The position numbers and the translations under genes were made by a program. Below the pieces are notes generated by a model. It was given only the letters and a program-made list of their open reading frames with translations. It was not told the DNA's origin and made no database searches. Below, piece by piece: positions 10,647-20,894 of a DNA stretch of 64,000 bases; the stretch's first letter is position 1, and each line of letters begins with the position of its first letter. The DNA lies in NCBI GenBank assembly GCA_965198005.1, contig CBDAOI010000003.1:256001-320000 (forward strand), given 5' to 3'. This DNA is from Spirochaetia bacterium. GTDB taxonomy: Bacteria > Spirochaetota > Spirochaetia > SZUA-6 > Bin103.

Positions 10647-11824
10647 GCCGCGCCTCCGTCACGGCCACCGTCCGGGCCGGCCCACAAGCCGGCGCCCCCG
10701 CCGGCCTCCGCCTCGACGCGCTGCAGTTCCGCCACTTGGTGGCGAAACGCCGCCGACTGCATCAGCGGCACGGCGCGCAGCTCGCGCAGCGAACGGGCGC
10801 CGCACAGGGTCATGGCCGCCCGCAACTCATGCTCGACCCGGCCGATCAGGGCCAGGGCGCCGTCGGTGCCGCCGGCCATGGCCGCGCGAATGAACGGCAG
10901 CGCCATCCCGCCAAGCGCGGCCCCCAGCGCCACCGCCTTGGCCAGGTGGACGCCGTGGCGCAGGCCGCCCGAGGCGATCAGGTTGGCGGACAGGTCGCCG
11001 AGCAGGGCCAGCAGCACGCCGGTCGGCAGACCCCAACCGGAGAACGCCCCGGCGCTCGCCGCCTCGCGCTCAGGGAGCCGCTGCCCCTCCACCATCACCC
11101 AGTTGGTGCCGCCGGCACCGGCCAGGTCCACGTACCGGACGCCGCAGCCCAGCAGCCGCCGCACCAGCCGCGGCCGGATACCGAACCCCGTCTCCTTGAC
11201 GATCACCGGCAGCCCGCACTCCGCCACCGCGCGCTCGATGGCGCTCAGCAGTCCGCGGAAATCGCGGTCGCCGGCGGGCTGAAACAGCTCCTGGCCGGCA
11301 TTCAGATGGACCACCAGAGCCTGCGCTTCCAGCCGTTCCAGCAAGCGCCGCAGTCGGCCCGAGTCGAGGTCGCGGAGCTGCACGGCACCGAGATTGGCCA
11401 GCACCGGCACGTCCGGCGCCAGCGGCTTCACGTGGAAGTCGGGGAAGGTCGCGTCGTCCTCCAGCAACGGCCGGATCGACCCCACCCCGAGCGCGATCCC
11501 GGCCCGCTGCGCCGCCGCCGCCAGCGCGTGGTTGGCGTTGCGGCCGCGTCCCGAGCCGCCGGTCATGCAGGAGATCAGCAGCGGCAGGCGCAGGGTTGCA
11601 CGCAGAAACGGCTGGCTGGTATCGACGCCGCGGCTGTCCAGCTCCGGCAGGGCCTGATGCACCAACTGCACCTGGTCCAGGCTGGTCCCCGCACCGGCCG
11701 GATCGGCGTAGCGCTGCTCGTCGAGCACGATCTCGAGATGGTGCTCCTTGCGTTGGACGATCGCGGCTTGGGCGGCGCTGGGGCTCGGCGGGGCGATTGG
11801 AGAGTCAGGGTCCGACGGGCTCAT
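10634..11824 (-). CDS. fni: type 2 (FMN-dependent) isopentenyl-diphosphate isomerase
   Basis: RKEHH, HQALPE, MTGGS, ANLGAVQL, QELFQP, VKETGFG, GAGGTNW, ASGGLR. Confidence 0.95.
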   Translation of the reverse strand: MSPSDPDSPIAPPSPSAAQAAIVQRKEHHLEIVLDEQRYADPAGAGTSLDQVQLVHQALPELDSRGVDTSQPFLRATLRLPLLISCMTGGSGRGRNANHALAAAAQRAGIALGVGSIRPLLEDDATFPDFHVKPLAPDVPVLANLGAVQLRDLDSGRLRRLLERLEAQALVVHLNAGQELFQPAGDRDFRGLLSAIERAVAECGLPVIVKETGFGIRPRLVRRLLGCGVRYVDLAGAGGTNWVMVEGQRLPEREAASAGAFSGWGLPTGVLLALLGDLSANLIASGGLRHGVHLAKAVALGAALGGMALPFIRAAMAGGTDGALALIGRVEHELRAAMTLCGARSLRELRAVPLMQSAAFRHQVAELQRVEAEAGGGAGLWAGPDGGRDGGAAWAS

Positions 11825-11964
11825 CGGGCGCGTACCGCTACCGTACCGCCAGCGTGTCCGCTCTGTCCAGAAGCCGCACCGGCGGCACCGGCGGCCCGTA
11901 CCAGCGGCCCGGAAGCAGGGGTGGGATGGCGCGTTCCGCTCACTGCGGCTGACCTGCGCTCGGT

Positions 11965-13236
11965 CTATCCGGTTTGTCCCGCGCGCTCGTGCACGGCTGC
12001 AAGCCACCGCCAGACCGGCTGGAGCCGGATCCGGCCCCGTTTGCCGTACCACTCGACGGTCTCCTCGGTGTCCGTGTCGGCGGTCAGGACCAGCAACCGG
12101 TCGCACGCCAGCTCGCTACCGGCCTGGAGCAGGGCGCGCAACTCGCGCTGTCTCGTGCGCACGGCGGTCATGTCCCAGCAAACCTGGATGAGCTGGGTCA
12201 CGCGACGATCTTCCTGCACGACAAAGTCCACTTCCCGTTGCTGGACGTCCCTCCAGAAGAACAGGTTGCACTCGCCGTCCAGCGCGCGTTTGTGGAGCGC
12301 GACTGCGACCAGATTCTCCACCAGTCTGCCCGTGTCGCGGCTGAACTGCACGGCGCGGGCGGTGATCAGCCCATTGTCGATGCAGTAGATCTTGCGGTTG
12401 GCCACGACCTGCTCGCGCACCTTGAATGAGAAACGTGGGACCGAGAAGAACAGGAATGCCTCCTCCAGGTACCCGATGTACTTGGCCACGGTATGCACGC
12501 TCTTGCTGCCGGTCACCGTGGCAAGCCGGTTCAGCGAGTACTCGCGGGCGACGTTGGCCAGCAGGTACCGCGCCAGATCGTCGATCCCCGCCGCCGACCG
12601 GACGCGACGGCGACGCACGATGTCCTTGTAGAGGATCGAGTCCCACAGCGTGCGGAGATAGAAGCCGCGATCCAGGTCGCGCAGCAACGGCTCCGGGTAA
12701 CCGCCATCGCTGACGTACCGGCGGAACAACTCGGCCAGCTCCGGATCGGTGTGCCGCCCGGAGACCGCTTGCAGCGATTCCGCGAACGAAAACGGGAACA
12801 GGACGATGGGAAGGTGGCGTCCCGTGAGATGCGTGGCCAGCTCCCCGCTCAACAAGTGCGCGTTGCTGCCGGTCAAGATCAGGCGCAATCCCTGACGCTG
12901 GAGCCGATTCACGAACAGCTCCCACCTCGGCAGATTCTGAATCTCGTCGAGCAGCAGATGGCGCGGGCTACCGTACACGGCGTTCACGGCGGCGATCAGC
13001 CGGTCGTAGTCGGCCACGTCCACCAGCCGTTCATCATCGAAGTTGAGGTACCCGTGGGCGGTCCCCTGCGCCAGCAGGTGCATCGCCAGAAACGACTTGC
13101 CGCACCGGCGGGGGCCGATTACGACCTTGATCAGACCGTCGTCACGCACCGGCACCGAGACTTGTCGCCGCACATACCGCTCAGCCAATCGCGACTCCAA
13201 CTCCCGTCGCTGCAGCTCGACTACATCGTGGAGCAT
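11965..13236 (-). CDS. AAA_14 ATPase with DUF4143 / C-terminal nuclease-like fold
   Basis: GPRRCGKS, LLDEIQ, LTGSN, LTGRH, GGYPE, KIYCIDNG, ENLV, EVDFV. Confidence 0.9.
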   Translation of the reverse strand: MLHDVVELQRRELESRLAERYVRRQVSVPVRDDGLIKVVIGPRRCGKSFLAMHLLAQGTAHGYLNFDDERLVDVADYDRLIAAVNAVYGSPRHLLLDEIQNLPRWELFVNRLQRQGLRLILTGSNAHLLSGELATHLTGRHLPIVLFPFSFAESLQAVSGRHTDPELAELFRRYVSDGGYPEPLLRDLDRGFYLRTLWDSILYKDIVRRRRVRSAAGIDDLARYLLANVAREYSLNRLATVTGSKSVHTVAKYIGYLEEAFLFFSVPRFSFKVREQVVANRKIYCIDNGLITARAVQFSRDTGRLVENLVAVALHKRALDGECNLFFWRDVQQREVDFVVQEDRRVTQLIQVCWDMTAVRTRQRELRALLQAGSELACDRLLVLTADTDTEETVEWYGKRGRIRLQPVWRWLAAVHERAGQTG

Positions 13237-13272
13237 GGCCCAGTCCGGGACGATCTATGCTCTAGTGCCATC

Positions 13273-13306
13273 CTGTTACACAAAACTTGGAACTATTGTG
13301 TAACAG
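13273..13306. promoter_or_regulatory. palindromic operator candidate upstream of the AAA_14 gene
   Basis: CTGTTACACAA-12 nt-TTGTGTAACAG perfect inverted repeat, adjacent to TTGACT on the minus strand. Confidence 0.65.
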
Positions 13307-13357
13307 AAGTCAAATACAACGCAACACCGAAGCCGCGCCGGCGATCCCCACGCCAAC

Positions 13358-13592
13358 TCAGGCGGCGACGCCGTAACTGCCGGTGCCGCCCTTGAGGCGG
13401 GGGTCGAGCAGGTCGCGGACCGCGTCGCCGGGAAAACATGTTGAGGCTGTAGACCACGATGGTCAGGCACACGCCGGGCCAGATCGCCAAGATCGCCAGC
13501 CGCGTGGCGCCATCTCCATGTACACGCGGCCTTCGCGGCTGAGCATGCCGCCCCAGCTCGGGATGTGGACCGGCAGGCCGAATCCCAGGCAG
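13358..13592 (-). pseudogene. C-terminal fragment of a DppC/OppC-type permease
   Basis: LGFGLP..SWGGMLS, AIWPGVCLTIVVYSLNMF, DAVRDLLDPRLKGG across frameshifts; similar to intact 22050..22940. Confidence 0.85.
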
Positions 13593-13678
13593 CACCGGCA
13601 GTGGCTGCGGCTCCTACTGGTGGGCGGCTTTGTTCGCGGACGATAGGATCGTCCCGTGCGTGTGCTAAGATCGCGCTC

Positions 13679-14728
13679 GTGGACACCCTGCGCACGACCA
13701 ACGTCTGCCTGCTGACGATTGCCCTGCTGGCGCTCGGTGCGATTCTCAAGGTCGCCCAGCCGGTATTCATTCCGCTGCTGCTCGCCTTTCTGCTGACCTA
13801 CGTCATGGACCCGCTCATGCTCCTGCTGCGGCGCGCACTGCCGGTGTGGCTGGCCACCCTGATCACCGCGCTCGTGTTTCTCGGCGTGCTGACCGGGTTC
13901 GGCATACTGGCCTGGGTCAACCTCGCGGCCCTCGGGCGTGGTCTGCCCGCCTATCAGGATGCTCTGATGGAGATGGTGCGTGCCGTCAACGACTGGCTGC
14001 AGGCGCTGGCCGGGATGCAGTTGTTCGAGATCGACGTCGATCTGTTCGAGGAGCTGCGCACGGTCTCCATTCCCAGCGTGGTGTTCAGCACCGCCCGCTC
14101 GACCGTGTCGGTAGTCCTGCTGTTCCTGCTGATCTACCTGTTCGCGGTGCTGTTTCTCGCCGGGAAGCACTACTTTCCGCGCAAGCTGCTGCGCGCGTTT
14201 CCCCGCACCCAGGACGGGAATCCGAACAAGGTGCCGGTTATTCTGCGCCACATCGACACCAGTCTGCGCCGCTTCATCGCCGTGAAGACGCTGATCAGTC
14301 TGGTCATCGGCACCGCCACCGGGATCGTGGCGGCGCTGTTCGGGGTGGCGTTCCCCGTGGTGTGGGGTCTGCTGACGTTCGTGCTCAACTTCATTCCCAC
14401 GGTCGGCTCCACGGTCGCGGTGGTCGCCATCTTCCTGTTCGCGCTGGCGCAGTTCGGCAGTCTGGGGCCGGCGGCCGCGGTGCTGGCGTGCACCGCCGCG
14501 CTGCAGGCGTTCAGCGGCACCTACGTCGAGCCGAAGCTGATCGGCGACGCGCTCAACCTGTCGCTGCTGGTGGTGTTCATCTCCCTGCTGTTCTGGGGCT
14601 GGCTGTGGGGACCCGCCGGGGTTCTGCTCGCCGTGCCGATGACCTCCGCGGTGAAGGTCATTCTCGAGAACATCCCGCTCACGGCGCACCTGGTCACCCT
14701 CCTCGAGCACCCGCGCAGCCGCTACTAG
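13679..14728 (+). CDS. AI-2E family transporter
   Basis: multiple TM segments, LNFIPTVG, VEPKLIG, FWGWLWGPAG..LAVP; GTG start 7 nt after TGnTAAGAT. Confidence 0.92.
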   Translation: MDTLRTTNVCLLTIALLALGAILKVAQPVFIPLLLAFLLTYVMDPLMLLLRRALPVWLATLITALVFLGVLTGFGILAWVNLAALGRGLPAYQDALMEMVRAVNDWLQALAGMQLFEIDVDLFEELRTVSIPSVVFSTARSTVSVVLLFLLIYLFAVLFLAGKHYFPRKLLRAFPRTQDGNPNKVPVILRHIDTSLRRFIAVKTLISLVIGTATGIVAALFGVAFPVVWGLLTFVLNFIPTVGSTVAVVAIFLFALAQFGSLGPAAAVLACTAALQAFSGTYVEPKLIGDALNLSLLVVFISLLFWGWLWGPAGVLLAVPMTSAVKVILENIPLTAHLVTLLEHPRSRY

Positions 14729-14806
14729 CGCCCGGGCGGCGGTCTTGGGGACGTGCCGGCAGGCGGCCGGCGCGCAGCCGATGCGCCTGCCGCCAGTCGG
14801 TTCCGG

Positions 14807-17686
14807 CTACTCGGCGTCGCCGGCGCCGGCGCCGGCGTCTTCGGCCGCCTCGGGCAGCAGCACCACGCGCACGTAGCGGTCACGGTTGAGGTAGCGGCGC
14901 GCCGCGTCGACCACCTGCTCCAGGGTCAGCGCCTCGAGCCGCTGGTCGAAGGCGGGAATCACGCCGAACTCCTCGGCGCGTTCGACCACCGCCTCGATCT
15001 GGCCCAGCCAGAAGCCGTTCTCGCGTTGCTGCTCCTCGCGCGCCGCGCTCAGCAACTCCTTGGCGGTGTCCAGATAGCTCTGCTCGCCGCCGCCGAGCAG
15101 CCAGTCCACGGCCCCGAACACCTCCTCCAGCAGTTCGTCGGCGCGGGCCGGGTCGCTGCCGAAGTCGACGAACACCCGATACTCCGGGTCGGGCAGCAGC
15201 GACGCCGAGGCGCCGACGTAGATCGAGTAGGTGCTGCCCAACTCCTGCTCGACGCGCTCCCGCACCTTGGCTTGCAGCATCTCCTTGAGCGCCGCCAGCG
15301 CCATCGCCTCCGGCCGGCTCCACTGCATCTCGCCGGCGAACACCAGCCGCGAGCGGCTACGCGGTTCTATCCCCTTGTACACGGTGAGGTCCACCACGCC
15401 CGGCGGCGGGTCGATCTCCAGATCCTGCCACTGCTCGCTGCGGCCGGCCGCCGGCAGCGAGGCGAGGTAGGTGCCGGCCAGGGTGCGGAGCTGGTCCCAG
15501 TCGAATGCGCCGACGATGACGAAGGTGAAGTCGCCGAGGTCGGCGAACCGATCGGCGTAGACCGCGGTCGAGCGCTCCAGGCTCATCTCGTCCAGCACTT
15601 CCACCGTGAATGGCCGCGAGCGGAAGTGGTCCTGGCTCAGCGCGCTGCGGATCGTGTCCGCGAACACCGCGTCGGGCTGGGCGCGCCGGTTCTCGATATT
15701 GCTGCGCAGGCGCGAGGAGTAGGAGGCGTAGAAGGTCGGATCCAGCCGCGGCTCGGTGGCGTACAGGGTGATGAGCTGGAACATGGTCTCCAGATCCTCC
15801 GGCGAGGCGCTACCGGAGAATCCCTCGAACAGAGAGCCGACGTAGGGCTCGGCGGTGGCGGTATTCCCGGCCAGCAGCTTCTCCAGCGCGACCCGGTCGT
15901 GCACCCCGGCGCCGCTGCCCTCGACGATGTTGTCGGCGGTGATGGCGGCGATGTAGTCGCTGTCCGCCACCAGCGACGTGCCGCCGGGGCTGGTCGCGGT
16001 CAGCAGCACCTCGTCGTTGCGGAAGTCGGTCTGCTTGGCGATCACCGTCACGCCGTTGGACAGCCTCCAGCGTACCGCGTCGACCGCCGCGATCGGCTCC
16101 TCCGCGGTGATGCTGCCCGGCTCCGGCAGCTCCGCCATCAGCGGCACGTCGCTGGCCACGTCCTCGTACGGGGCGACCTCCAGGCCGGCGGCCCCGTGCA
16201 GCGTGGCCAGCAGCGCCTGCTCCACCTCCGGGCCGGAGGCGACCGCGTCCGATCCGCTGACCATGGCCACCGTGCTCTCCAGCGTGACCCACGGCTCCGC
16301 CAGCCGGTTGACGTCCTCCAGCGTGATCTCCGGCAGGAGCTCCTGGTGCAGCCGGTACTCCGCCTCGATCCCGGGCACCGGCTCATTCTCCACGAAGTGG
16401 CGGACGTACTCCTGGGCGAAGATCACCGACGGCCGTTGATCGCGCTCCAGGTACGCGCTTTCCATGCCGCGCAGCAGGTTGGCCTTCTCGCGCTCCAGCT
16501 CGGTCGCCGTGAACCCGTAGCGCAGGATGCGCTGCATCTCCTCCAGCATCGTGGCCAGCCCGCGCTCGACGCCGTCCTCGTCCACCTGCGCGATGGCGTA
16601 CAGGACCGCGGTGTTCGCCAGCAGCAGCCCCTGCCCGAACCACGCCCCGACGAACGGCGGGTCGGCCACCTGGGTGCGTTCGAACAGCCGCGCGTTGGCC
16701 ATCATCGAGAACAGCGACTTGGTCAGCAGCAGCCGGTACGCGGCCAGGTTCTGGCCCGTCTGCGGCGGCAGCTTGGCGTAGATCCGCACGGTGGTGGAGC
16801 TCATCTCCGGATCGGTATTCACCGTCACGCGCGGCGCGGCATGCGGCGGCAGCGGGTAGTCGGGGCGCACGGTGGGCGTCTGCGGCCGCGCCGCGCGCTC
16901 CTGGTAGGCCTCACCCTCCGGCGGCGGCGCGAAGTGGCGGCGGATGTCGGCCACGATCTGCTCCGCGTCGAAGTCGCCCACGGCGATCACCGCCATCAGC
17001 TCGGGCCGGTACCAACGCTCGTAGAAGGTGCGCAGGTCGTCCGCGGTAGCCGCCTCGATCACCTCGGGCAGGCCGATCGGCAGCCGCTCCGAGTAGCGCG
17101 ACTCCCCGAACAGCACCGGGTACTCCAGATCCCGGATCCGCGCCCCCGCGCCGCGGCGCGTGCGCCACTCCTCCAGCACCACGCCGCGTTCCCGCTCCAC
17201 CTCATCCGGATCGAAGGCGATCGCGTAGGCCCAGTCGCTGAGAATCTCGAACGCGGTCTCGGTGATCTCCGGGTCGTCGGTGGGAATCTCGATCTTGTAG
17301 ACGGTCTCGTCGAACGAGGTGTAGGCGTTGAGGTCGGGGCCGAACTTGGAGCCGATCGACTCCAGGTAGTCGATGATCTCCTGACCCGAGAAGCGCTCGG
17401 TGCCGTCGAACGCCATATGCTCGGCGTAGTGCGCCAGCCCGCGCTCGCGCTCCTCCTCGAGCACCGAGCCGGCGCGCACCGCCAGCCGGAGCTGGGCGCG
17501 GTTGCGCGGCTCGGCGTTGTGCTTGACGTAGTAGGTCAGACCGTTGCTGAGCGTGCCGCGCAGCACCTCGGGATCGAACGGCAGGTCGCTTTCGGGAGCC
17601 TGGCTCCAGGCGAACGGGACGATGACGACCAGCGCCGCGAGGACCGCGGCGAACCGGGTGACGAACCGAAAAATGTTGGACTGCAT
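14807..17686 (-). CDS. M16 family zinc peptidase (PqqL-like), secreted
   Basis: signal peptide, GLAHYAEHMAFDG (HxxEH), NAYTSFDET, ERGVVLEE. Confidence 0.95.
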   Translation of the reverse strand: MQSNIFRFVTRFAAVLAALVVIVPFAWSQAPESDLPFDPEVLRGTLSNGLTYYVKHNAEPRNRAQLRLAVRAGSVLEEERERGLAHYAEHMAFDGTERFSGQEIIDYLESIGSKFGPDLNAYTSFDETVYKIEIPTDDPEITETAFEILSDWAYAIAFDPDEVERERGVVLEEWRTRRGAGARIRDLEYPVLFGESRYSERLPIGLPEVIEAATADDLRTFYERWYRPELMAVIAVGDFDAEQIVADIRRHFAPPPEGEAYQERAARPQTPTVRPDYPLPPHAAPRVTVNTDPEMSSTTVRIYAKLPPQTGQNLAAYRLLLTKSLFSMMANARLFERTQVADPPFVGAWFGQGLLLANTAVLYAIAQVDEDGVERGLATMLEEMQRILRYGFTATELEREKANLLRGMESAYLERDQRPSVIFAQEYVRHFVENEPVPGIEAEYRLHQELLPEITLEDVNRLAEPWVTLESTVAMVSGSDAVASGPEVEQALLATLHGAAGLEVAPYEDVASDVPLMAELPEPGSITAEEPIAAVDAVRWRLSNGVTVIAKQTDFRNDEVLLTATSPGGTSLVADSDYIAAITADNIVEGSGAGVHDRVALEKLLAGNTATAEPYVGSLFEGFSGSASPEDLETMFQLITLYATEPRLDPTFYASYSSRLRSNIENRRAQPDAVFADTIRSALSQDHFRSRPFTVEVLDEMSLERSTAVYADRFADLGDFTFVIVGAFDWDQLRTLAGTYLASLPAAGRSEQWQDLEIDPPPGVVDLTVYKGIEPRSRSRLVFAGEMQWSRPEAMALAALKEMLQAKVRERVEQELGSTYSIYVGASASLLPDPEYRVFVDFGSDPARADELLEEVFGAVDWLLGGGEQSYLDTAKELLSAAREEQQRENGFWLGQIEAVVERAEEFGVIPAFDQRLEALTLEQVVDAARRYLNRDRYVRVVLLPEAAEDAGAGAGDAE

Positions 17687-17727
17687 GATGAACAAGATAC
17701 CGGCCCGTTCATGGTAAGGTCAGCGGG

Positions 17728-18657
17728 GTGGCCGATTTCGTTGAGAAAATCGGCGGCGGCGGCGAGTTGCCGGTGGTCGCGATCACGATGGGCGATCCGG
17801 CCGGGGTGGGGCCGGAAGTCGCGGTCAAGGCGCTGCAGCACGCCGCGGTGCGGCGCGTCTGCCGGCCGGTGGTGGTGGGCGATCCGGCCGTGCTGGCGGC
17901 GGCGGCCCGGATCTGCGGCAGCCGCGCGGCAGTGGTGCCGGTGGCGGCGCCGCCGGCCGCGGCCGCGGCCGGCGCGTGGGTGGGCGGGCGCATCAACGTG
18001 GTGGCGAGCGGCGGCCTGGAGCCGGCGGAGCTGCGCCGCGGCGTGGTGTCGGCGGCCGCGGGGGACGCCGGCTATCGGGCGATCGCGCGCGCCGTCGAGC
18101 TGGCGCAGGCGGGCGCCGCGGCGGCCACGGTGACGGCGCCGATCCACAAGGAGGCGCTCAACCGCGCCGGTCACCGGTTCGCCGGCCAGACCGAGATCTA
18201 TGCCCAGCTCACCGGCACCCGCGACTACGCGATGCTGCTGATGGCCGGGGCGCTGCGCGTGGTGCACGTCTCCACCCACGTGTCGCTGCGCGAGGCGTGC
18301 GCGCGCGTCACCCGGCGACGGGTGGAGACCGTGATCCGGCTGGCGCACGCCGCCGGCCGCATGCTCGGCATCGCGCGGCCGCGCATCGGGGTGGCGGGGC
18401 TCAATCCCCACGCCGGCGACGGTGGTCTGTTCGGCAACGAGGAGGCGGCCGAGATCGTGCCGGCGATCCGCGCGGCGCGGGCGGACGGCGTCAACGTCAC
18501 GCTCGGCATTCCGGTGATCCGGGTGTCGGTGGACCACGGCACGGCGTTCGACGTGGCCGGCACCGGCCGCGCCTCGGAGGCGAGCATGGTGCAGGCGATC
18601 CTGTGCGCGGCGCAGATGGCCTGCGCGGCGCAGATGGCCGCGCACCGCGCGCGATGA
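17728..18657 (+). CDS. pdxA: PdxA/PdxA2 family dehydrogenase, apparently with an internal in-frame deletion
   Basis: TMGDPAGVGPE, TAPIHKEAL, GLNPHAG, SVDHGTAFD; the usual GP..DT..YHDQG segment is missing. Confidence 0.85.
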   Translation: MADFVEKIGGGGELPVVAITMGDPAGVGPEVAVKALQHAAVRRVCRPVVVGDPAVLAAAARICGSRAAVVPVAAPPAAAAAGAWVGGRINVVASGGLEPAELRRGVVSAAAGDAGYRAIARAVELAQAGAAAATVTAPIHKEALNRAGHRFAGQTEIYAQLTGTRDYAMLLMAGALRVVHVSTHVSLREACARVTRRRVETVIRLAHAAGRMLGIARPRIGVAGLNPHAGDGGLFGNEEAAEIVPAIRAARADGVNVTLGIPVIRVSVDHGTAFDVAGTGRASEASMVQAILCAAQMACAAQMAAHRAR

Positions 18658-18974
18658 TCATCGCCACCGCGGCCACCATCGCCGGCCACCGCATCGTCCG
18701 TACCATCGGCCTGGTGCGCGGCACCACGGTCCGCAGCCGCCACGTCGGCCGCGACCTCATGGCCGGCCTCAAGACGATCGTCGGCGGCGAGATCGCCTCC
18801 TACACGACAATGATGGAAGAGGCGCGCGCGGAAGCGCTGCAGCGCCTGGTCGCGGACGCCGAGGCGCGCGGCGCCAACGCCATCACCGACCTGCGCTTCA
18901 GCACCGCCGCCGTCATGAGCGGCGCCGCCGAGGTCCTGGCCTACGGCACCGCCGTGACCGTTGCGCCGGAGTAG
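18654..18974 (+). CDS. YbjQ/UPF0145 family protein
   Basis: GRDLMAGLKTIVGGEI..Y, GANAI, EVLAYGTAV. Confidence 0.92.
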   Translation: MIIATAATIAGHRIVRTIGLVRGTTVRSRHVGRDLMAGLKTIVGGEIASYTTMMEEARAEALQRLVADAEARGANAITDLRFSTAAVMSGAAEVLAYGTAVTVAPE

Positions 18975-19224
18975 CGCCGCCGGCCGGTACGGGTAGGGTC
19001 AGGAAGGGGTCCCCGCATCAGGTTCGAGACGGTTGGCGCGTGACTCGATTTCCGCGCACCGCAGCATAATCACCTCGGACGACGCTGCGCGCCCCACAAT
19101 ATCGACAACACGGGCCGTCAGCTCGTGACCGTTTGCGTCGGTGAGACGCAGAGGCTCGCCGAGCATGAAGTGCAACGGTTGCGGCTGTCCCTGGTTGACG
19201 GCGATGTTGGAGGTGTAGAGGAAG

Positions 19225-19659
19225 GTGCGGTCGATGGTGTTGCTCGTGGCAGGGCGCACGGATCGAAGCTTGGTGACCAAGCACCGGCGCCTGAGGGAAT
19301 TCACGACTGAGGACTACGATCGCCTGGTCGACCTGATCATCCGGTTCGGCACGGTATTCGTCACGCCGAACACACTGACGGAAGCCTCCAATCTACTGGC
19401 TCAGCATGGAGATCCTGAGCGGACACTCTGTTTCGGTACGCTGAAGCTACTTATCGAGGAAAGCGAAGAGATCGTCATCGCCAGTGTCGACGCATCGCGC
19501 AACAGTGCGTTCGAGCGGCTCGGACTCACGGATGCCGTATTACTGGAGGCCGTCTCCGCTACGAGACCGCTGGTCACCGTGGATCTCGATCTCTGGTTGG
19601 CAGCTTCCCGGAAGCTCCCGAACGCGGCTCTCAACTTCAGGCATCTGACGCCGCGGTGA
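19225..19659 (+). pseudogene. PIN-domain protein, probably 5'-truncated
   Basis: TPNTLTEASNL, LGLTDA, VTVDLDL; the first PIN Asp strand is missing. Confidence 0.6.
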
Positions 19660-19694
19660 TCGGTTGCCAATCGAGGAGTTGTGCCCCGGAGCCC

Positions 19695-20894
19695 TCAGGT
19701 GAGCGCGCGCAGGCCGGTCACGAAGCGGTCGAGGCCGGTGCCGGCGGCGCGCGGGGTGAGGGCGCCGTAGCCGAGGCGCAGGGCACAGCCGGCCACGCCG
19801 AAGGCGCTGCCCGGCAGCACCGCGACCCGGTGCTCGGCGATCAGCCGGCGGGTCAGGTCCATCGGGTCCAGCTCGCGCCGCACGCGCAGCAGCACGTAGA
19901 ACGCCCCCTCCGCGCGCACCGGCGCGCAGCGGTCGGCCAGCGCCGCCAGCGCCGCCAGCACGGTCGCCCGGACCTGCTCGATCCGCGCCCGCTGCTGCAG
20001 GCACCAGGCGCGTCCCGCCTGCAGCGCGCCCACCGCGGCCGCCTGACTGGCCAGCGGCGGGCAGATCACCACGGTGTCCTGGATCTTGGCCACCGCGTCG
20101 TACAACCCGGCGGGAATGGTCATGTAGCCGATGCGCCAGCCGGCGAAGCCGTAGCTCTTGGACAGCGAGAACAGCGAGATCGTGTGCCCGCGCGCGTCGC
20201 TCAGCGAGCCGGGCGAGAAGTGCGGCCGGTCGCCGTAGGTGAAGTACTCGTAGGCCTCGTCGTGGACGTGATAGATGCCGCGCTCGGCGCACAGCCGGTT
20301 CAGCGCCTTCAGGGCGGCGGCCGAATACACGGCGCCGGTGGGGTTGTTGGGCGAGATCGACACCACGGCGCGGGTGCGCGGACCGACCGCGCGCGCGATG
20401 GCAGCGACGTCCAGGTGCCAGGCAGCGTCGGCGGGCACGATCACCGGCCGGCAGTTGGCGATCGCCACCGCCATCTCGTGGTTGAAGTAATAGGGACTGA
20501 TCAGAATGATCTCGTCGCCGGGGTCGGCGATCGCCAACAGGGCGTTGACGAACGCCATGTTGCCGCCGGCGGTCACCACCAGCTCCCGTTCGTCGCGGAG
20601 CTCGATGCCGTTCTCGGCGGCGAGCTTGGCCCGTAGCGCCGCGCGCAGCGGCGGGATGCCCCACACCGCGCCGTAGCGGTGGTCCGCCGCATCCGTGCCG
20701 AATCGGCGCAGCGCCTCGTGCGCCTGCGGCGGCGGTCCGTACCAGACCACGCCCTGGCCCAGCGAGATGGTGTCGGGGTAGTCGCGGATCAGTCCGTGGA
20801 TGATCGGGATCACCGGCGGCTGCACCGCCTCCAGCCGGAGCGACTGGCCGGGGCGGGCGTGGCTCGGGTGCCCGCCGCTGCCTCCCCCGGACAT
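19695..20894 (-). CDS. PLP-dependent aminotransferase class I/II
   Basis: ISLGQG, SPNNPTG, HDEAYE, SLSKSYGFAGWRIG. Confidence 0.95.
   Translation of the reverse strand: MSGGGSGGHPSHARPGQSLRLEAVQPPVIPIIHGLIRDYPDTISLGQGVVWYGPPPQAHEALRRFGTDAADHRYGAVWGIPPLRAALRAKLAAENGIELRDERELVVTAGGNMAFVNALLAIADPGDEIILISPYYFNHEMAVAIANCRPVIVPADAAWHLDVAAIARAVGPRTRAVVSISPNNPTGAVYSAAALKALNRLCAERGIYHVHDEAYEYFTYGDRPHFSPGSLSDARGHTISLFSLSKSYGFAGWRIGYMTIPAGLYDAVAKIQDTVVICPPLASQAAAVGALQAGRAWCLQQRARIEQVRATVLAALAALADRCAPVRAEGAFYVLLRVRRELDPMDLTRRLIAEHRVAVLPGSAFGVAGCALRLGYGALTPRAAGTGLDRFVTGLRALT

Noticed and set aside
18999-19304. Minus-strand 101-aa ORF as a real gene
   Set aside because: It overlaps the PIN fragment and looks like joined scraps; no family recognised.
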